The notes under the pieces are model-generated. The model was not told the DNA's origin and did not search any database. It saw nothing but the letters and a program-made list of their open reading frames with translations. From NCBI GenBank assembly GCA_965207225.1, contig CBDBLV010000005.1, positions 1,728,001 to 1,792,000 on the forward strand: DNA of 64,000 nt. Reading direction: 5' to 3'. A program made the translations under genes and the position numbers. Positions 1 to 9,022 of the stretch are shown piece by piece; the first letter of the stretch is position 1; every line of letters starts with the position of its first letter. The DNA comes from Dehalococcoidia bacterium. Its GTDB lineage: Bacteria; Chloroflexota; Dehalococcoidia; Plut-88900.

Positions 1-2
1 AG

Positions 3-992
3 ATACGTACCCACGGCCAGAACTACATCCACGTTAACAACATCGACCTGTTCGTGGAACACACCGCGCCCCTGCTCACGGGCGAAGAGGTCAGTCAGAC
101 AATTAAGTCTTCTTCTGACGCTGAGGTGTGCTCCCTCCTTACGGACTTACTCCCTAAGATAAGCCCCGAAGAGCAGGCCCGATACCTCCCCGAGTTGGCG
201 CCCCTGACGGCAAAGCAGGTGCGGGCCTTCGCGTCGCGCATGGGATGGACCGACCCGCCCGAAACCGCGAGAAGAGTTGCGAACTACGTTGCAGAACTGA
301 TACCCGACGGAGCGACCCTCCAGACCGGCATAGGTACGCCCGGCGGCTACCTTCCGATTCTCGGGACCTTCGATTGCAACAAGGACCTGGGATGGCATTC
401 GGAGTTGGTCGCCCCGGGGGCTCTCTCACTGATAGAGAAGGGCATTTTCACCGGGGCCCGGAAGACCATCCACCGGGACAAGGCGATATTCACGTGCCTC
501 CACGGCGCAACAGAGGCCGAGCTCCGGTTTGCCCACAACAACCCTGCCATCGAGCTTCTACCATCCGACTACGTGGTCAGCGCCCGCACCGTGGCACGAC
601 ACGACAACATGATTTCCATTAACAACGCCCTGTCGGTAGACCTCACGGGCCAAATTAACGCCGAGACGGTTTTCGGAGGCAGGCAGATCAGCGGAACGGG
701 TGGCCAGCTCGACTTCCAGCTTGGGGCCATCATGTCCAACGGGGGTCGGGCTCTGACCCTGCTCTGGTCCACTGCGCTTGATGGGGCAGTGTCGAGAATC
801 GTGCCGCAGCTGGAGGAGAGGAGCGTGGTTACCGTGCCTCGCACCTTCGCCGACACCATAGTCACGGAATACGGCGTGGCCCGGCTGCTGGGCAAGTCCA
901 ACCGGGAGCGAGCCCGGGAACTGATCAACGTCGCCCACCCCGACTTCCGCCCCGAGCTAAAACGGGCCGCCGAGCGGCTGTTTTATCCTTAA
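3..992 (+). CDS. Acetyl-CoA hydrolase/4-hydroxybutyrate CoA-transferase family protein (5' truncated by window edge)
   Basis: Frame open from nt 3. Motifs DGATLQTGIG, HSEL, INNALSVDLTGQINAE, SGTGGQLDF, IVTEYGVARL, AHPDFR. Confidence 0.9.
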   Translation: MRTHGQNYIHVNNIDLFVEHTAPLLTGEEVSQTIKSSSDAEVCSLLTDLLPKISPEEQARYLPELAPLTAKQVRAFASRMGWTDPPETARRVANYVAELIPDGATLQTGIGTPGGYLPILGTFDCNKDLGWHSELVAPGALSLIEKGIFTGARKTIHRDKAIFTCLHGATEAELRFAHNNPAIELLPSDYVVSARTVARHDNMISINNALSVDLTGQINAETVFGGRQISGTGGQLDFQLGAIMSNGGRALTLLWSTALDGAVSRIVPQLEERSVVTVPRTFADTIVTEYGVARLLGKSNRERARELINVAHPDFRPELKRAAERLFYP

Positions 993-1089
993 CCGCTCCA
1001 TACTAATCCCCCGCCACTCACCACCCTTGCGGCGGTGTTAATATTTAGATTACGCAACTCTTCTAGCAAGGCGTACGGAAACCACTCAA

Positions 1090-2382
1090 GTGCGAGTCGA
1101 ACTGGCATACGGGACCTCCGGGCTGACCATCGAACTGCCCGACGACCGGACTACGGTCATCGAACCCGACTATCCACCACCCCTCCCCGACCCCCAGTCC
1201 GCCATCCTTAATGCCCTCCGCAACCCCATCGACTCCCCTACGCTGCGTTCGCTCGCCCGCAATGGTCAATCCGTTGCCATCTCCGTCTGCGATGTGACTC
1301 GGCCCGTACCCACCGCCGAGATCGTTCCGGTCCTGCTGGATGAGCTTGACCACCTTCCCAAAGACCGGATAACCATACTGGTTGCCACGGGCACTCACAG
1401 GTCTAACTCCCACGAAGAACTGGAGCGGATGCTCGGGCCCGAGGTTGTTGCCAACTATCCTGTCATCTGTCACAACGCCTTTGACCCCAATGCCCTGGTC
1501 TCTGCCGCCCCACCCGTAGACGGCGTGCCCGTGCTGTTGAACCGCCATTGGGTGGATGCCGACGTGTGCATTACCCTCGGCCTCGTCGAACCCCACTTCT
1601 TCGCGGGGTTCAGCGGAGGGCCCAAGATGGTTGCCCCGGGGCTCGCGGGCGTCGAGACCATAATGAAGCTCCATTCTGCCCCCCTCATCGCCCACCCCGA
1701 CGCCACGTGGGCGGTCACCGAGGCCAACCCCGTCCACGATGCCATACGCCGGATAGCTCGGGATACGGGGGTGAGCTTTGCCATTGATGTCACGGTTGAC
1801 GATGAACACCGGATTACCAGCGTCCATGCAGGGGAACTCTTTGCCGAGCATTCCGGGGCCTGTGAGTTCGCCCGCAGCGTCACCATGCGCCCCGCCCCCG
1901 AGCCCTTTGACGTTGTAATTACCACCAACAGCGGCTATCCCCTGGACCTGAACCTGTACCAGGCCGTGAAGGGGCTTTCTGCTGCGGCACGGGTGGTCAG
2001 GCCGGGCGGCTCCATAATCTGCGCCGCCGAGTGTCGGGACGGCATCCCTGAGCATGGCGACTACAAGTCCCTGCTCACTTCCCGGAAATCGCCTGAAGAC
2101 CTGCTGTCCATGGTCGAAGCGCCCGGATTCTCCCGCCAGGACCAGTGGCAGGTCCAGATACAGGCCCAAATCCAGCTCAAAGCCAACGTGTATCTCAAGT
2201 CCGACTACCTGACCCCCGACCAAGTAAGGTCGGCCCACATCCGCCCGGTTGCAGACCTGCAGGCTACGGTGGATGAAGTTATCGATTCTTACGGCCCCGA
2301 CGCCACGGTCTGCGTGCTGCCCCAGGGCCCCCAGACAATAGCCTATGTAGACGAATCGCTCCTGGCAGGAGTGGGCGCATGA
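1090..2382 (+). CDS. larA: Nickel-pincer-dependent lactate racemase (LarA) family protein
   Basis: Motifs DVTRPVP, VATGTHR, GLVEPHFFAGFSGGPK, GYPLDLNLYQAVKG, ECRDG. 430 aa; substrate not certain. Confidence 0.88.
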   Translation: MRVELAYGTSGLTIELPDDRTTVIEPDYPPPLPDPQSAILNALRNPIDSPTLRSLARNGQSVAISVCDVTRPVPTAEIVPVLLDELDHLPKDRITILVATGTHRSNSHEELERMLGPEVVANYPVICHNAFDPNALVSAAPPVDGVPVLLNRHWVDADVCITLGLVEPHFFAGFSGGPKMVAPGLAGVETIMKLHSAPLIAHPDATWAVTEANPVHDAIRRIARDTGVSFAIDVTVDDEHRITSVHAGELFAEHSGACEFARSVTMRPAPEPFDVVITTNSGYPLDLNLYQAVKGLSAAARVVRPGGSIICAAECRDGIPEHGDYKSLLTSRKSPEDLLSMVEAPGFSRQDQWQVQIQAQIQLKANVYLKSDYLTPDQVRSAHIRPVADLQATVDEVIDSYGPDATVCVLPQGPQTIAYVDESLLAGVGA

Positions 2383-2392
2383 GGTTTCAGCC

Positions 2393-4642
2393 ATGACCAA
2401 CGTTTACCGTTTCATCGACGAGTGCGAGGACAAGGCCCTTCTCGGCAACAAGGGGGCCAACCTGGTCACCATGACAAGGCTCGGTCTGCCCGTGCCCCCC
2501 GGATTCGTCGTCTCCATCGATGCCTTCAAGGAGTACCGCAACAGCAATACTCTGCCCATGGACGAGATTGACGAAGCCCTGGCTTGGCTAGGGGAGTCCC
2601 TGGGACGCGACTTTGACGACGGCCTGATGGTCTCGGTCCGGTCGTCGGCGCCCGTATCCATGCCCGGCATGATGGACACCGTCCTCAACGTCTCCAGCCG
2701 GGAGCAGATGGTCGAGTGCCTGAAGACCGTGTTCGGCTCCTGGGACAACCCACGGGCCAACGAGTACCGGCGCCTCCACGACATCTCTGCAGACATCGGC
2801 ACCTCCGCGGTCGTCCAGTCCATGGTGATGGGCAACCACGACGAGATGTCGGGCACCGGGGTTGTTTTCAGCCGGAACCCGAGCACCGGCGCCCGGGGCC
2901 TCTTCGGAGAGTACCTGCCCGTGGCCCAGGGCGAGGACCTGGTGTCTGGTGTCAGGACTCCGCAAAGCATCGACGCCCTGAAGAACCAGATGCCGGATGT
3001 TTATCAAGAGCTGGAAAACCTCTCCCGCGACCTCGAAAACCACTTCCACGACATGCAGGACGTCGAGTTCACCGTGGAATCAGGCACGCTCTATATGCTC
3101 CAGACCCGCTCCGGCAAACGCAGCGGCGAGGCTGCTGTCAAGATAGCCGTGGACATGGTGGAGGACGGCCTGCTCACCCAGGACGAGGCCCTGCTCCGCA
3201 TCACCCCCGACGACATACGGGCACTCCTGCACAACCGCATCCAGTTCCCGGAGCGTCACCAACCCATAGCCCGAGGCCTGAACGCCGCACCGGGCGCCGT
3301 TTCCGGCAGGGTCGTATTCGACCCCCTGGAGGCCGTATCGATGTCCAAGGCCACGGATGGCGTGATCCTTGTCCGACCAGAAACCAGCCCCGACGACATA
3401 CAAGGCATTGCCGCTGCAGGTGGAGTGCTCACTTCTCGGGGCGGGCTAACCTCCCACGCTGCCATCGTCACCCGGGCCATGGGCAAACCTTGCGTCTGCG
3501 GCGCAGAGGAAGTCACTGTTGATCTTACAAACGAGTCTTTCACTGTGGGCGACGTAGTAGTGCGCAAAGGTGACGTTATAACCGTGGACGGGTCCAGCGG
3601 CAGTGTGTATCAGGGCGCCTTGGCCCTTCTGGAAGCCGAGGCCACCCCCGAGCTTGCCAAGCTCCTGAGCTGGGCCGACGATACCAAGCAGATCGGGGTC
3701 TGGGGCAACGCCGATACCGCAGAAGGCGTCGCCCTTGCCAGGAAACACGGCGCCGAGGGCATAGGTCTCTGCCGCACCGAGCGCCAGTTCACGGGAAAAT
3801 TGCGCCTTGACGCTATCCGCGACTTCATCCTCAGCGATTCCAATGATGAAGAAGAACGGGCCCTCGCCAATCTCCGTGACCTCCAGAAGACCGACTTCCT
3901 AACCCTCTTCCGCGCCCTTGAAGATACGCCAATCATAATCCGCCTGCTGGACCTCCCCCTCCACGAGTTCCTCCCCGCAGACCTGGAAACGGAAGATCCC
4001 AGGCTGAAACAGCGCATCGAGGACCTCCACGAGGTGAACCCGATGCTCGGGCACCGGGGGGTGCGGCTGGCTGTGACCACGCCTCGGGTGTACGCCATGC
4101 AGGTGGAAGCCATCGCCGAGGCTCAAGCCGAGACCGGGGCCCGGGTCTCCATCATGGTCCCCCAGGTGATTACCCTTCAAGAGCTGCTCTGGGTGAAGAA
4201 ACACATCGAGGGCAAGGGCTTCCGCATAGGCATCATGATGGAGACTGTCCGCGCCTGCATGCGCGCAGCACCACTCGCCGACGAGGCGGGCTTCTTCTCC
4301 TTCGGCACCAACGACCTAACCCAGGCCGTCTACTCCTTCTCCCGGGAGGACGCCGAGAAGAAGTTCCTGACCACCTACCTGGACAACAGCCTCCTGGACG
4401 ACAACCCCTTCGAGATAATCGACGTAAAGGGCGTGGGTCGACTGATGGAGACGGCCATCGGCTGGGCCCGAGAGGAGAAGCCGAGCCTGGAAATCGGTGT
4501 CTGCGGTGAGCACGCCGGCGAGCCCCGCTCCATCCGCTTCTTCCACGATGCCGGAGTCACCTACGTCAGCTGCAGCCCCTACCGCATTCCCATAGCCAAG
4601 CTGACTGCAGCCCAGGGCGCCATCCTCAACCCGCGAGCCTAA
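2393..4642 (+). CDS. ppdK: Pyruvate, phosphate dikinase (compact, 749 aa)
   Basis: Motifs LLGNKGANL, SVRSSAPVSMPGMMDTVLN, AQGEDLVSG, phospho-His GGLTSHAA, GIGLCRTE, NPMLGHRGVRL, FGTNDLTQ, GVCGEH. Confidence 0.92.
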   Translation: MTNVYRFIDECEDKALLGNKGANLVTMTRLGLPVPPGFVVSIDAFKEYRNSNTLPMDEIDEALAWLGESLGRDFDDGLMVSVRSSAPVSMPGMMDTVLNVSSREQMVECLKTVFGSWDNPRANEYRRLHDISADIGTSAVVQSMVMGNHDEMSGTGVVFSRNPSTGARGLFGEYLPVAQGEDLVSGVRTPQSIDALKNQMPDVYQELENLSRDLENHFHDMQDVEFTVESGTLYMLQTRSGKRSGEAAVKIAVDMVEDGLLTQDEALLRITPDDIRALLHNRIQFPERHQPIARGLNAAPGAVSGRVVFDPLEAVSMSKATDGVILVRPETSPDDIQGIAAAGGVLTSRGGLTSHAAIVTRAMGKPCVCGAEEVTVDLTNESFTVGDVVVRKGDVITVDGSSGSVYQGALALLEAEATPELAKLLSWADDTKQIGVWGNADTAEGVALARKHGAEGIGLCRTERQFTGKLRLDAIRDFILSDSNDEEERALANLRDLQKTDFLTLFRALEDTPIIIRLLDLPLHEFLPADLETEDPRLKQRIEDLHEVNPMLGHRGVRLAVTTPRVYAMQVEAIAEAQAETGARVSIMVPQVITLQELLWVKKHIEGKGFRIGIMMETVRACMRAAPLADEAGFFSFGTNDLTQAVYSFSREDAEKKFLTTYLDNSLLDDNPFEIIDVKGVGRLMETAIGWAREEKPSLEIGVCGEHAGEPRSIRFFHDAGVTYVSCSPYRIPIAKLTAAQGAILNPRA

Positions 4643-4693
4643 TATGCCGAGGCACCCGTACTCGTTGCTGCCCTCACTGGCCGACACATACAC

Positions 4694-4725
4694 TTACACC
4701 ATATTGAGCATGTGGTAACATGCTC
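4694..4725 (+). promoter_or_regulatory. Putative hicAB promoter with overlapping palindromic operator
   Basis: TTACAC (4694), 16 bp, then extended -10 TGgTAACAT (4713-4721). Perfect inverted repeat GAGCATGT-ggta-ACATGCTC (4706-4725) covers the -10. Confidence 0.6.
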
Positions 4726-4745
4726 CTTGACTGCTCGTCCCCACC

Positions 4746-4937
4746 ATGCCGAAAGTGCGAGAAGCCATACGCATCGTCGAGAGGGACGGTTGGCAGCTAG
4801 ATCGAATGAAGGGCAGCCACCGACAATACAAACATCCGGTCAAACCCGGAACCGTAACCATAGCCGGGCATCCAAGTCGTGATCTGAACAAAGACACATG
4901 GCGAAGCATCTTACGGCAAGCTGGTCTTCGGAGGTGA
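4746..4937 (+). CDS. hicA: HicA family mRNA interferase toxin
   Basis: 63-aa basic protein with DGW..R.KGSHRQYKHP..PG.VTI.GH motif ending SILRQAGL. Confidence 0.93.
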   Translation: MPKVREAIRIVERDGWQLDRMKGSHRQYKHPVKPGTVTIAGHPSRDLNKDTWRSILRQAGLRR

Positions 4938-4942
4938 AGACG

Positions 4943-5293
4943 ATGAGCCTGACTTACGTGGTGGTCTTTGAACAGACCCCTAACAATTACTGCGCCTACA
5001 TTCCCGATCTTCCTGGCTGCGTCTCTGCAGACAAGACCTGGGATGGCATCAAGGCAATGATCAAAGAGGCCATAGAGTTCCACATCGAGGGCATCCAACT
5101 CGATGGCGAACCCGTGCCCCCTCCGCAAATGTCCATTGAGGACGCCCTGGCTTACCACCGTTCCACCCCCAACGACTACGGCGGCTACTTCCCAGCCCCC
5201 GACAACCTGGAAAAAGAAGACCCCGTCGCCATTCTGGAGATTGAGGTGGAGGTCAACCTGGAAGGCGTTTCCGCTACTGCCGCGGGCGGTTAG
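4943..5293 (+). CDS. hicB: HicB family antitoxin
   Basis: ATG 4943 after GGAGG. Motif YVVVFE....YCAYIPDLPGCVS...EAIEFHIEG....GEPVPPP; directly follows hicA. Confidence 0.9.
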   Translation: MSLTYVVVFEQTPNNYCAYIPDLPGCVSADKTWDGIKAMIKEAIEFHIEGIQLDGEPVPPPQMSIEDALAYHRSTPNDYGGYFPAPDNLEKEDPVAILEIEVEVNLEGVSATAAGG

Positions 5294-5345
5294 GACACGC
5301 CCAGTCCTGGGGTGTCAGTGGGGCTTCCCCCGACCAACATTTGTC

Positions 5346-6281
5346 ATGACCAGCCTCACCTTCGGCATGTCCTTCCACGAGACCTACCAGTATTCGCGGC
5401 AGGGAGTCATCGACTACGCCCGGGCCATCGAGTCCCTCGGCTTTGACACCCTCTGGATTACCGAGGACGTTCACTCCGGCGCCGACGCCCTTGAACCCCT
5501 CACGACCCTCTCCTTCATGGCCGCCCATACGGAACGCGTCACCCTCGGCCCGTCAGTCATCATCCTGCCCTTGCGAAACGCCGTCGGCATCGCCCACGCC
5601 CTCGCCACGCTGGACCGGCTGTCGGGTGGAAGGCTTATCTTTGGGGTTGGGACGGGCGGGACCGTCCCCGGCTCCTTCGAAGCATACGGAGCTTCTGCCC
5701 GGACCCGAGGCCGCTACTGTAATGAAGCCCTGGAAGCGATCAAATCACTATGGACGGGCGAGCCGGTATCCTTCTCCGGAAAGCTGTTGGAACTGGACGA
5801 ATACGTCCTCGAGGGCAGGCCTATTCAAAAGCCCCACCCGCCAATTTGGATAGGGGGAACGGCTGAGGGAGTCTTGAAAAGAGTCGCCCGTTTCGCCGAT
5901 GGATACATCCCCCACAGCATCAGCCCCGAGATGTACCAGCAGTTATGGGCTAGGATTGAAAAGTACTGTGAGGCTGAGGGTCGAGACCCGACCACCATCA
6001 CCAAAGCAATCCAGTTCTATTTCTGCATCGCCGACACCCGGGCTGAGGCCCAGCGTATCGCCGAGAAAGCCCTCGAACACCGCTACCAGCGCAAAATGTC
6101 CCTCGTCCCGACCCCCGACACCCACTACGCCATCGGGACCCCTGATGACATCGCCCGCACCATCCATACCTTCGCTGACATGGGAGGCACCCACTTCGCC
6201 TTCTCCAACGCTCGGTCCCCGCACCAGGTCATGCCCCAGATCGAGACCTTGGCCACCCACATCATCCCACGTTTCCGCTAA
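5346..6281 (+). CDS. LLM-class flavin/F420-dependent oxidoreductase
   Basis: Motifs GFDTLWITE, ATLDRLSGGRLIFGVGTG, PIQKPHPPIWIGG. Start moved to ATG 5346. Confidence 0.88.
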   Translation: MTSLTFGMSFHETYQYSRQGVIDYARAIESLGFDTLWITEDVHSGADALEPLTTLSFMAAHTERVTLGPSVIILPLRNAVGIAHALATLDRLSGGRLIFGVGTGGTVPGSFEAYGASARTRGRYCNEALEAIKSLWTGEPVSFSGKLLELDEYVLEGRPIQKPHPPIWIGGTAEGVLKRVARFADGYIPHSISPEMYQQLWARIEKYCEAEGRDPTTITKAIQFYFCIADTRAEAQRIAEKALEHRYQRKMSLVPTPDTHYAIGTPDDIARTIHTFADMGGTHFAFSNARSPHQVMPQIETLATHIIPRFR

Positions 6282-6466
6282 CATCCCTCCCCTGCCCTCC
6301 ATAGAGACGACCCGCCCCCGGCATTGTGTATACTTGCCGAACCGAAGGCCGCTGCTTCTGGAAACCACATGCGCCGACGCCTCTCAAACCTTCGGCGTCT
6401 CCCCTCGATACACTTGGCGGCATGAATTGGTAGCCATTAAACAGGTCTAGCGGAAGCCCCGACTTG

Positions 6467-8374
6467 ATGGACGCCGACTCAACAGCTAAAACGAGCAGGC
6501 CCAGCGGAGTCGTAAGGCGTACCGCCGCCGCCTTCCGCCCATACTGGATCAAACTCCTCGGAATCGCATTCCTGATCCTTGTGACTGCCGGCCTGGGAGT
6601 GGTCAATCCTCTCTTGATCCGAGAGGTGTTCGACTCCGCCCTCTTCCCACCCTCCGGCACCCCCGACCTGACCCTGCTCTGGATTCTGGCCGGGGTGATG
6701 GTGGGGGTTGCCGTGGTAACTGGGGGTCTCGGGATTGTCCAGACCTACATGACCAATCTGGTGGGCCAGCGAGTCATGCGCGACCTGCGAGACCGCCTCT
6801 ACGTTCACCTCCAGGGCCTGTCGCTGGGCTTCTTTTCGGGGACTCGTACAGGCGAAATCCAGTCCCGCATAGCCAACGACGTAGGAGGAGTCCAGAACGT
6901 CGTCACCACTACCGTCTCCAATGTCCTGTCTAACACGGTCATTGTAATCAGCACCGTTGCGGCCATGACCGTACTCTCCTGGCAGCTTACGGTCGTGGCT
7001 GTGGGAACCACCCCAATCTTCTTCGCCCTCTCCAAACTGGTGGGAGACCGACGCCGCGCCGTCACGGCCCAGTCCCAGAAGGCGGCGGCGGACATGACCG
7101 CTACCACCCAGGAGACCCTGTCCATCTCTGGCATCATGCTGGCCAAGCTATTCGGCCGGCAGAACCAGGAAAGCGAACGATTCCGGACCGAAAACCAGCG
7201 GCTGGCCGACCTCTCGGTGCGCCTGCAGATGACCGGCCAGTCCTTCTTCGCCGTGATGCGCATATTCTTCTCCATCTCCCCCGTGGCCATCTACCTCATT
7301 GCCGGCTACCTGCTTACCGGGAGCGCCTTTGGGGGAGTGACCGCCGGGACCCTGGTCGCCTTCACCACGCTCCAGTCCAGGCTGTTCTTCCCCATGGGCA
7401 GCCTGCTCCAGGTGTCGGTGGAGCTCCAGGCCTCGCTGGCATTGTTCGAGCGCATATTCGGCTACCTCGGCATCGAGCCCGACATTACGGACTCGCCCAG
7501 CGCGACCAGGTTGGACCACCGGCAAGTCCGAGGTCGAGTGTCCTTCAAGTCGGTGGGCCTGTCTTATGAGGACCCTTCTGAGCGCGAAACAACCAGCCAG
7601 CGATGGGCCCTGCGCGGAGTTAGCTTTCACGTTGAGCCGGGGCAATTGGCAGCTTTCGTCGGGCCGAGCGGGGCAGGCAAAACCACCATCTCCTACCTGA
7701 TTCCCCGTCTGTACGACCCTACCGAGGGCTCGGTGCTGATCGACGGACTGGACGTCCGGGCGATCAGCCTCGAAAGCCTCGCCCGACTCACCGGCTACGT
7801 GACCCAGGAGAGCTACCTGTTTCACGCCAGCATCAGGAACAACCTTCTGTACGGAAACCCTGAGGCTTCCCAGCAAGAGATTGAGGCCGCCGCCCGGGCC
7901 GCCTACATACACGACAAGATCATGGAATTCCCCGACGGCTACAATACGGTGGTCGGCGAACGCGGCTACAGGCTGTCCGGGGGCGAACGTCAGAGGCTGT
8001 CCATAGCCAGGGTGATTCTTCACGACCCCCGGGTGTTGATCCTGGATGAGGCTACCTCGGCCCTGGACACGGCGAGCGAACGCCAGGTCCAGGCCGCCCT
8101 GGAACCACTGATGCGCGGCAGGACCGCCATCGCCATAGCACACCGTCTCTCCACGATCATGGCGGCGGACGTGATATTTGCAATGGACAGGGGCAGGATA
8201 GTGGAGCAGGGCACTCATGCAGAGCTCCTCGAGCATGGGGGCTTGTACGCAAGGCTCTATACCGAACAGTTCGAGGGTGGGCGCGTCGAATGTATTTGCG
8301 AGGACGGGGTAGTCCTGTGCGACGGCACCATAGAGCAGTTCATCGAACCCGCCTTGCCCGTCGTCAGCCGGTGA
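6467..8374 (+). CDS. ABC exporter, fused permease and ATPase (MsbA-like)
   Basis: N-terminal TM helices, Walker A GPSGAGKT, signature LSGGERQR, Walker B LILDEATSALD, AHRLST. Confidence 0.93.
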   Translation: MDADSTAKTSRPSGVVRRTAAAFRPYWIKLLGIAFLILVTAGLGVVNPLLIREVFDSALFPPSGTPDLTLLWILAGVMVGVAVVTGGLGIVQTYMTNLVGQRVMRDLRDRLYVHLQGLSLGFFSGTRTGEIQSRIANDVGGVQNVVTTTVSNVLSNTVIVISTVAAMTVLSWQLTVVAVGTTPIFFALSKLVGDRRRAVTAQSQKAAADMTATTQETLSISGIMLAKLFGRQNQESERFRTENQRLADLSVRLQMTGQSFFAVMRIFFSISPVAIYLIAGYLLTGSAFGGVTAGTLVAFTTLQSRLFFPMGSLLQVSVELQASLALFERIFGYLGIEPDITDSPSATRLDHRQVRGRVSFKSVGLSYEDPSERETTSQRWALRGVSFHVEPGQLAAFVGPSGAGKTTISYLIPRLYDPTEGSVLIDGLDVRAISLESLARLTGYVTQESYLFHASIRNNLLYGNPEASQQEIEAAARAAYIHDKIMEFPDGYNTVVGERGYRLSGGERQRLSIARVILHDPRVLILDEATSALDTASERQVQAALEPLMRGRTAIAIAHRLSTIMAADVIFAMDRGRIVEQGTHAELLEHGGLYARLYTEQFEGGRVECICEDGVVLCDGTIEQFIEPALPVVSR

Positions 8375-8531
8375 GCCCGACCCCGGCAATCTTTAAGCTT
8401 GTATCCGGCGCTCAATCATCACCTGGCTCTAACCCAACCACAACGGATAACCCCTAAGCCCTCCCTCCCGTCATGGTTGACACCAGCCTGTTTCCGAGCC
8501 GTCCGAAAGTATGAGTCCATTCCTCATCCTA

Positions 8532-8568
8532 TTCGTCATTCCCGACCCCGATCGGGAATCCATCCCCG
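8532..8568 (+). repeat. CGTC-tagged REP-like palindrome, family 1 copy a
   Basis: TTCGTCATTCCCGACCCCGATCGGGAATCCATCCCCG; 36/37 identical to 9841-9877. Confidence 0.85.
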
Positions 8569-8574
8569 GGTGAC

Positions 8575-8611
8575 GGGGCCGCTCATGCTGAGGCTCTCGA
8601 AGTATGAGCGG
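8575..8611 (+). repeat. REP-like hairpin, family 2 (CGCTC..[GC]CTGAG...TCGAAG..G[AG]GCG)
   Basis: Related copies at 9515-9552, 14832-14867, 29838-29884 and 40369-40407. Confidence 0.8.
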
Positions 8612-8680
8612 AGGCGGGGCCCACGGCTTGCCAATACGTCCCGTCAGCCTTGCAAAAGCCCCACCCCCCCTCTCCCATCC

Positions 8681-8708
8681 CATTCCGATGCCCCGCGAGG
8701 AATCTAGG
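8681..8708 (+). repeat. REP-like element, family 3 (CAT[TC]CCGA[TG]GCCCCGCGAGG[GA]ATCT)
   Basis: Related copies at 12020-12048 and 40470-40500, an interrupted copy at 40295-40347 and a degenerate one at 29804-29832. Confidence 0.8.
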
Positions 8709-8750
8709 ATTTGCCCACTCATGTCCTTTACCTCCCTCCCCCCTCCTCCC

Positions 8751-8890
8751 CAGTACTGAACTAGAGGCAGAGGTCGGCGCAGAAGCGCCGACCTCTGCCT
8801 CTGTTCTTCTCTCCCCCTCTCCCTTATAGGCCCTAAGAGCCTGCCCCGTACCCCGATACGGGGGAGAGGGGGATCAAGGGGGTGAGGGTT
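8751..8890 (+). repeat. Composite hairpin module A
   Basis: CAGTACtgAACT, perfect 18-bp stem (8763-8780/8785-8802), GTTCTT, CTCTCCCC...GGGGAGAG segment, CAAGGGGGTGAGGGTT. Paralogous to 9631-9769. Confidence 0.85.
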
Positions 8891-8930
8891 CCCCTGTGGG
8901 GTCGAGGGGCACCCCCCCAAACGTGTACAT

Positions 8931-8959
8931 TTGCACTACCTGAACTCCCGTGCTATAAT
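8931..8959 (+). promoter_or_regulatory. Near-consensus sigma70 promoter with extended -10
   Basis: TTGCAC (8931-8936), 17 bp, TATAAT (8954-8959), preceded by TG at 8951-8952. Confidence 0.7.
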
Positions 8960-9022
8960 AACCCCCAGGCATCCGATCTCGTACCTCGGAGCCCATCACA
9001 CAGGAAAGGAATAAGGAGTCTT

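Noticed and set aside
8290-8325. CxC...C tail on the ABC exporter as a metal-binding module
   Set aside because: Too short to support a call without an alignment.
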